Of a stretch of DNA of 54,917 bases, positions 54,385 through 54,917 are shown in pieces. The DNA lies in IMG/VR virus record IMGVR_UViG_3300042402_002325, positions 1-54,917 of that record. One strand, written 5' to 3'. How positions within the stretch are numbered: the stretch's first letter is position 1; each line of letters opens with the position of its first letter. The position numbers were made by a program, and so were the translations under genes. The stretch comes from a virus. Taxonomy: Duplodnaviria > Caudoviricetes. The notes beneath the pieces were generated by a model. That model ran no database searches. It was not told the origin of the DNA and saw only the letters and a program-made list of their open reading frames with translations.

Positions 54385-54917
54385 TTAGGCAGGAAACTTG
54401 GACATCCAGAACTTAGTTCTTGGAGTCATACCTTTCCAAGCAGACCAATTCTTTCCACCGTTACTCATATGATATGCAACCTGTGCATTAATAACAGGAT
54501 TTAAAAGCTCACTATTAAAGTTTATTCCAAACTTGTCCTGACGACCTTCTTTTAACATTCCAAGCATATTAATTTGGAATATTCCATAAGAGTTATCACC
54601 AGTCTTTACATTGCCATTAAAAGCCAGTGGTCGTCCGTTAGACTCCTTCTTGGCTACAGCCCAAGCCTTCACCAAGCCTTGGCCACGAAAACCAACGGCA
54701 TATAGCAATTCCTTTAGTTGACGATCTGTAAGACTAACAGCATCTTGATATTTATGTAGAACATCTAGGTTCTTTTTTACTGCTACCAAACTTTTAGGCT
54801 TAGAAACCAAAAAAACCGCCTTGGCGGTTGAAGGTTCAGCTATAGCTGGTTTACTCAGATTATTTTCAGTACTTAAAGCATTAGCTGCATTACTTAGTGG
54901 TGCAATTAGCCCCAGTG
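54385..54917 (-). CDS. secreted lysozyme-like/SLT transglycosylase (5'-truncated by window)
   Basis: AVAKKES (catalytic E), YGIFQIN, W..W; frame stays open to the window end with signal-peptide-like LGLIAPLSNAANA. Confidence 0.85.
   Translation of the reverse strand, partial: LGLIAPLSNAANALSTENNLSKPAIAEPSTAKAVFLVSKPKSLVAVKKNLDVLHKYQDAVSLTDRQLKELLYAVGFRGQGLVKAWAVAKKESNGRPLAFNGNVKTGDNSYGIFQINMLGMLKEGRQDKFGINFNSELLNPVINAQVAYHMSNGGKNWSAWKGMTPRTKFWMSKFPA

Noticed and set aside
1-54917. Alternative genetic code or stop-codon recoding
   Set aside because: Genes are intact under code 11, all three stops are used, and no suppressor tRNA was seen.
1-54917. Bacterial chromosome or integrated prophage
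   Set aside because: No housekeeping operons, integrase or att-like junction; dense small genes and lysis/virion genes indicate a phage.

Overview
Segment of a large, AT-rich tailed phage genome. The host is most likely an actinobacterium (inferred from WhiB, an AhpC-AhpD pair, Gp88- and DUF932-like genes and many leaderless genes); a freshwater acI-type host is plausible but unproven. Layout: 1-14.5 kb is a + strand block (Ntn protease, subtilisin, Hsp20, peroxidase, CHAP endolysin, APS-kinase fusion, nuclease, thioredoxin, WhiB, luciferase-like proteins, holin). 13.8-28.6 kb holds glycosyl-, methyl- and nucleotidyltransferases, ahpCD, pstS and tRNAs. 28.6-29.5 kb is an origin-like region with DnaA boxes and inverted heptamer arrays. 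29.5-40.3 kb is an early-type region of small genes with repeated promoters and CRP-like boxes, diverging at about 39.4 kb. 44-54.4 kb encodes virion-decoration-type proteins, ending in an FN3 protein with a 119-residue pure Pro/Phe tract, followed by eight 2OG-Fe(II) oxygenases, two DUF6065-like proteins and an SDR. Five tRNAs were found (Asn, Arg-UCU, Ile-UAU, CAU, Asp). The two best candidates for undescribed systems are the Pro/Phe-repeat protein with its oxygenase operon and a six-copy covarying mini-pseudoknot placed 3' of genes. Family calls come from motif recognition by eye, not database searches.
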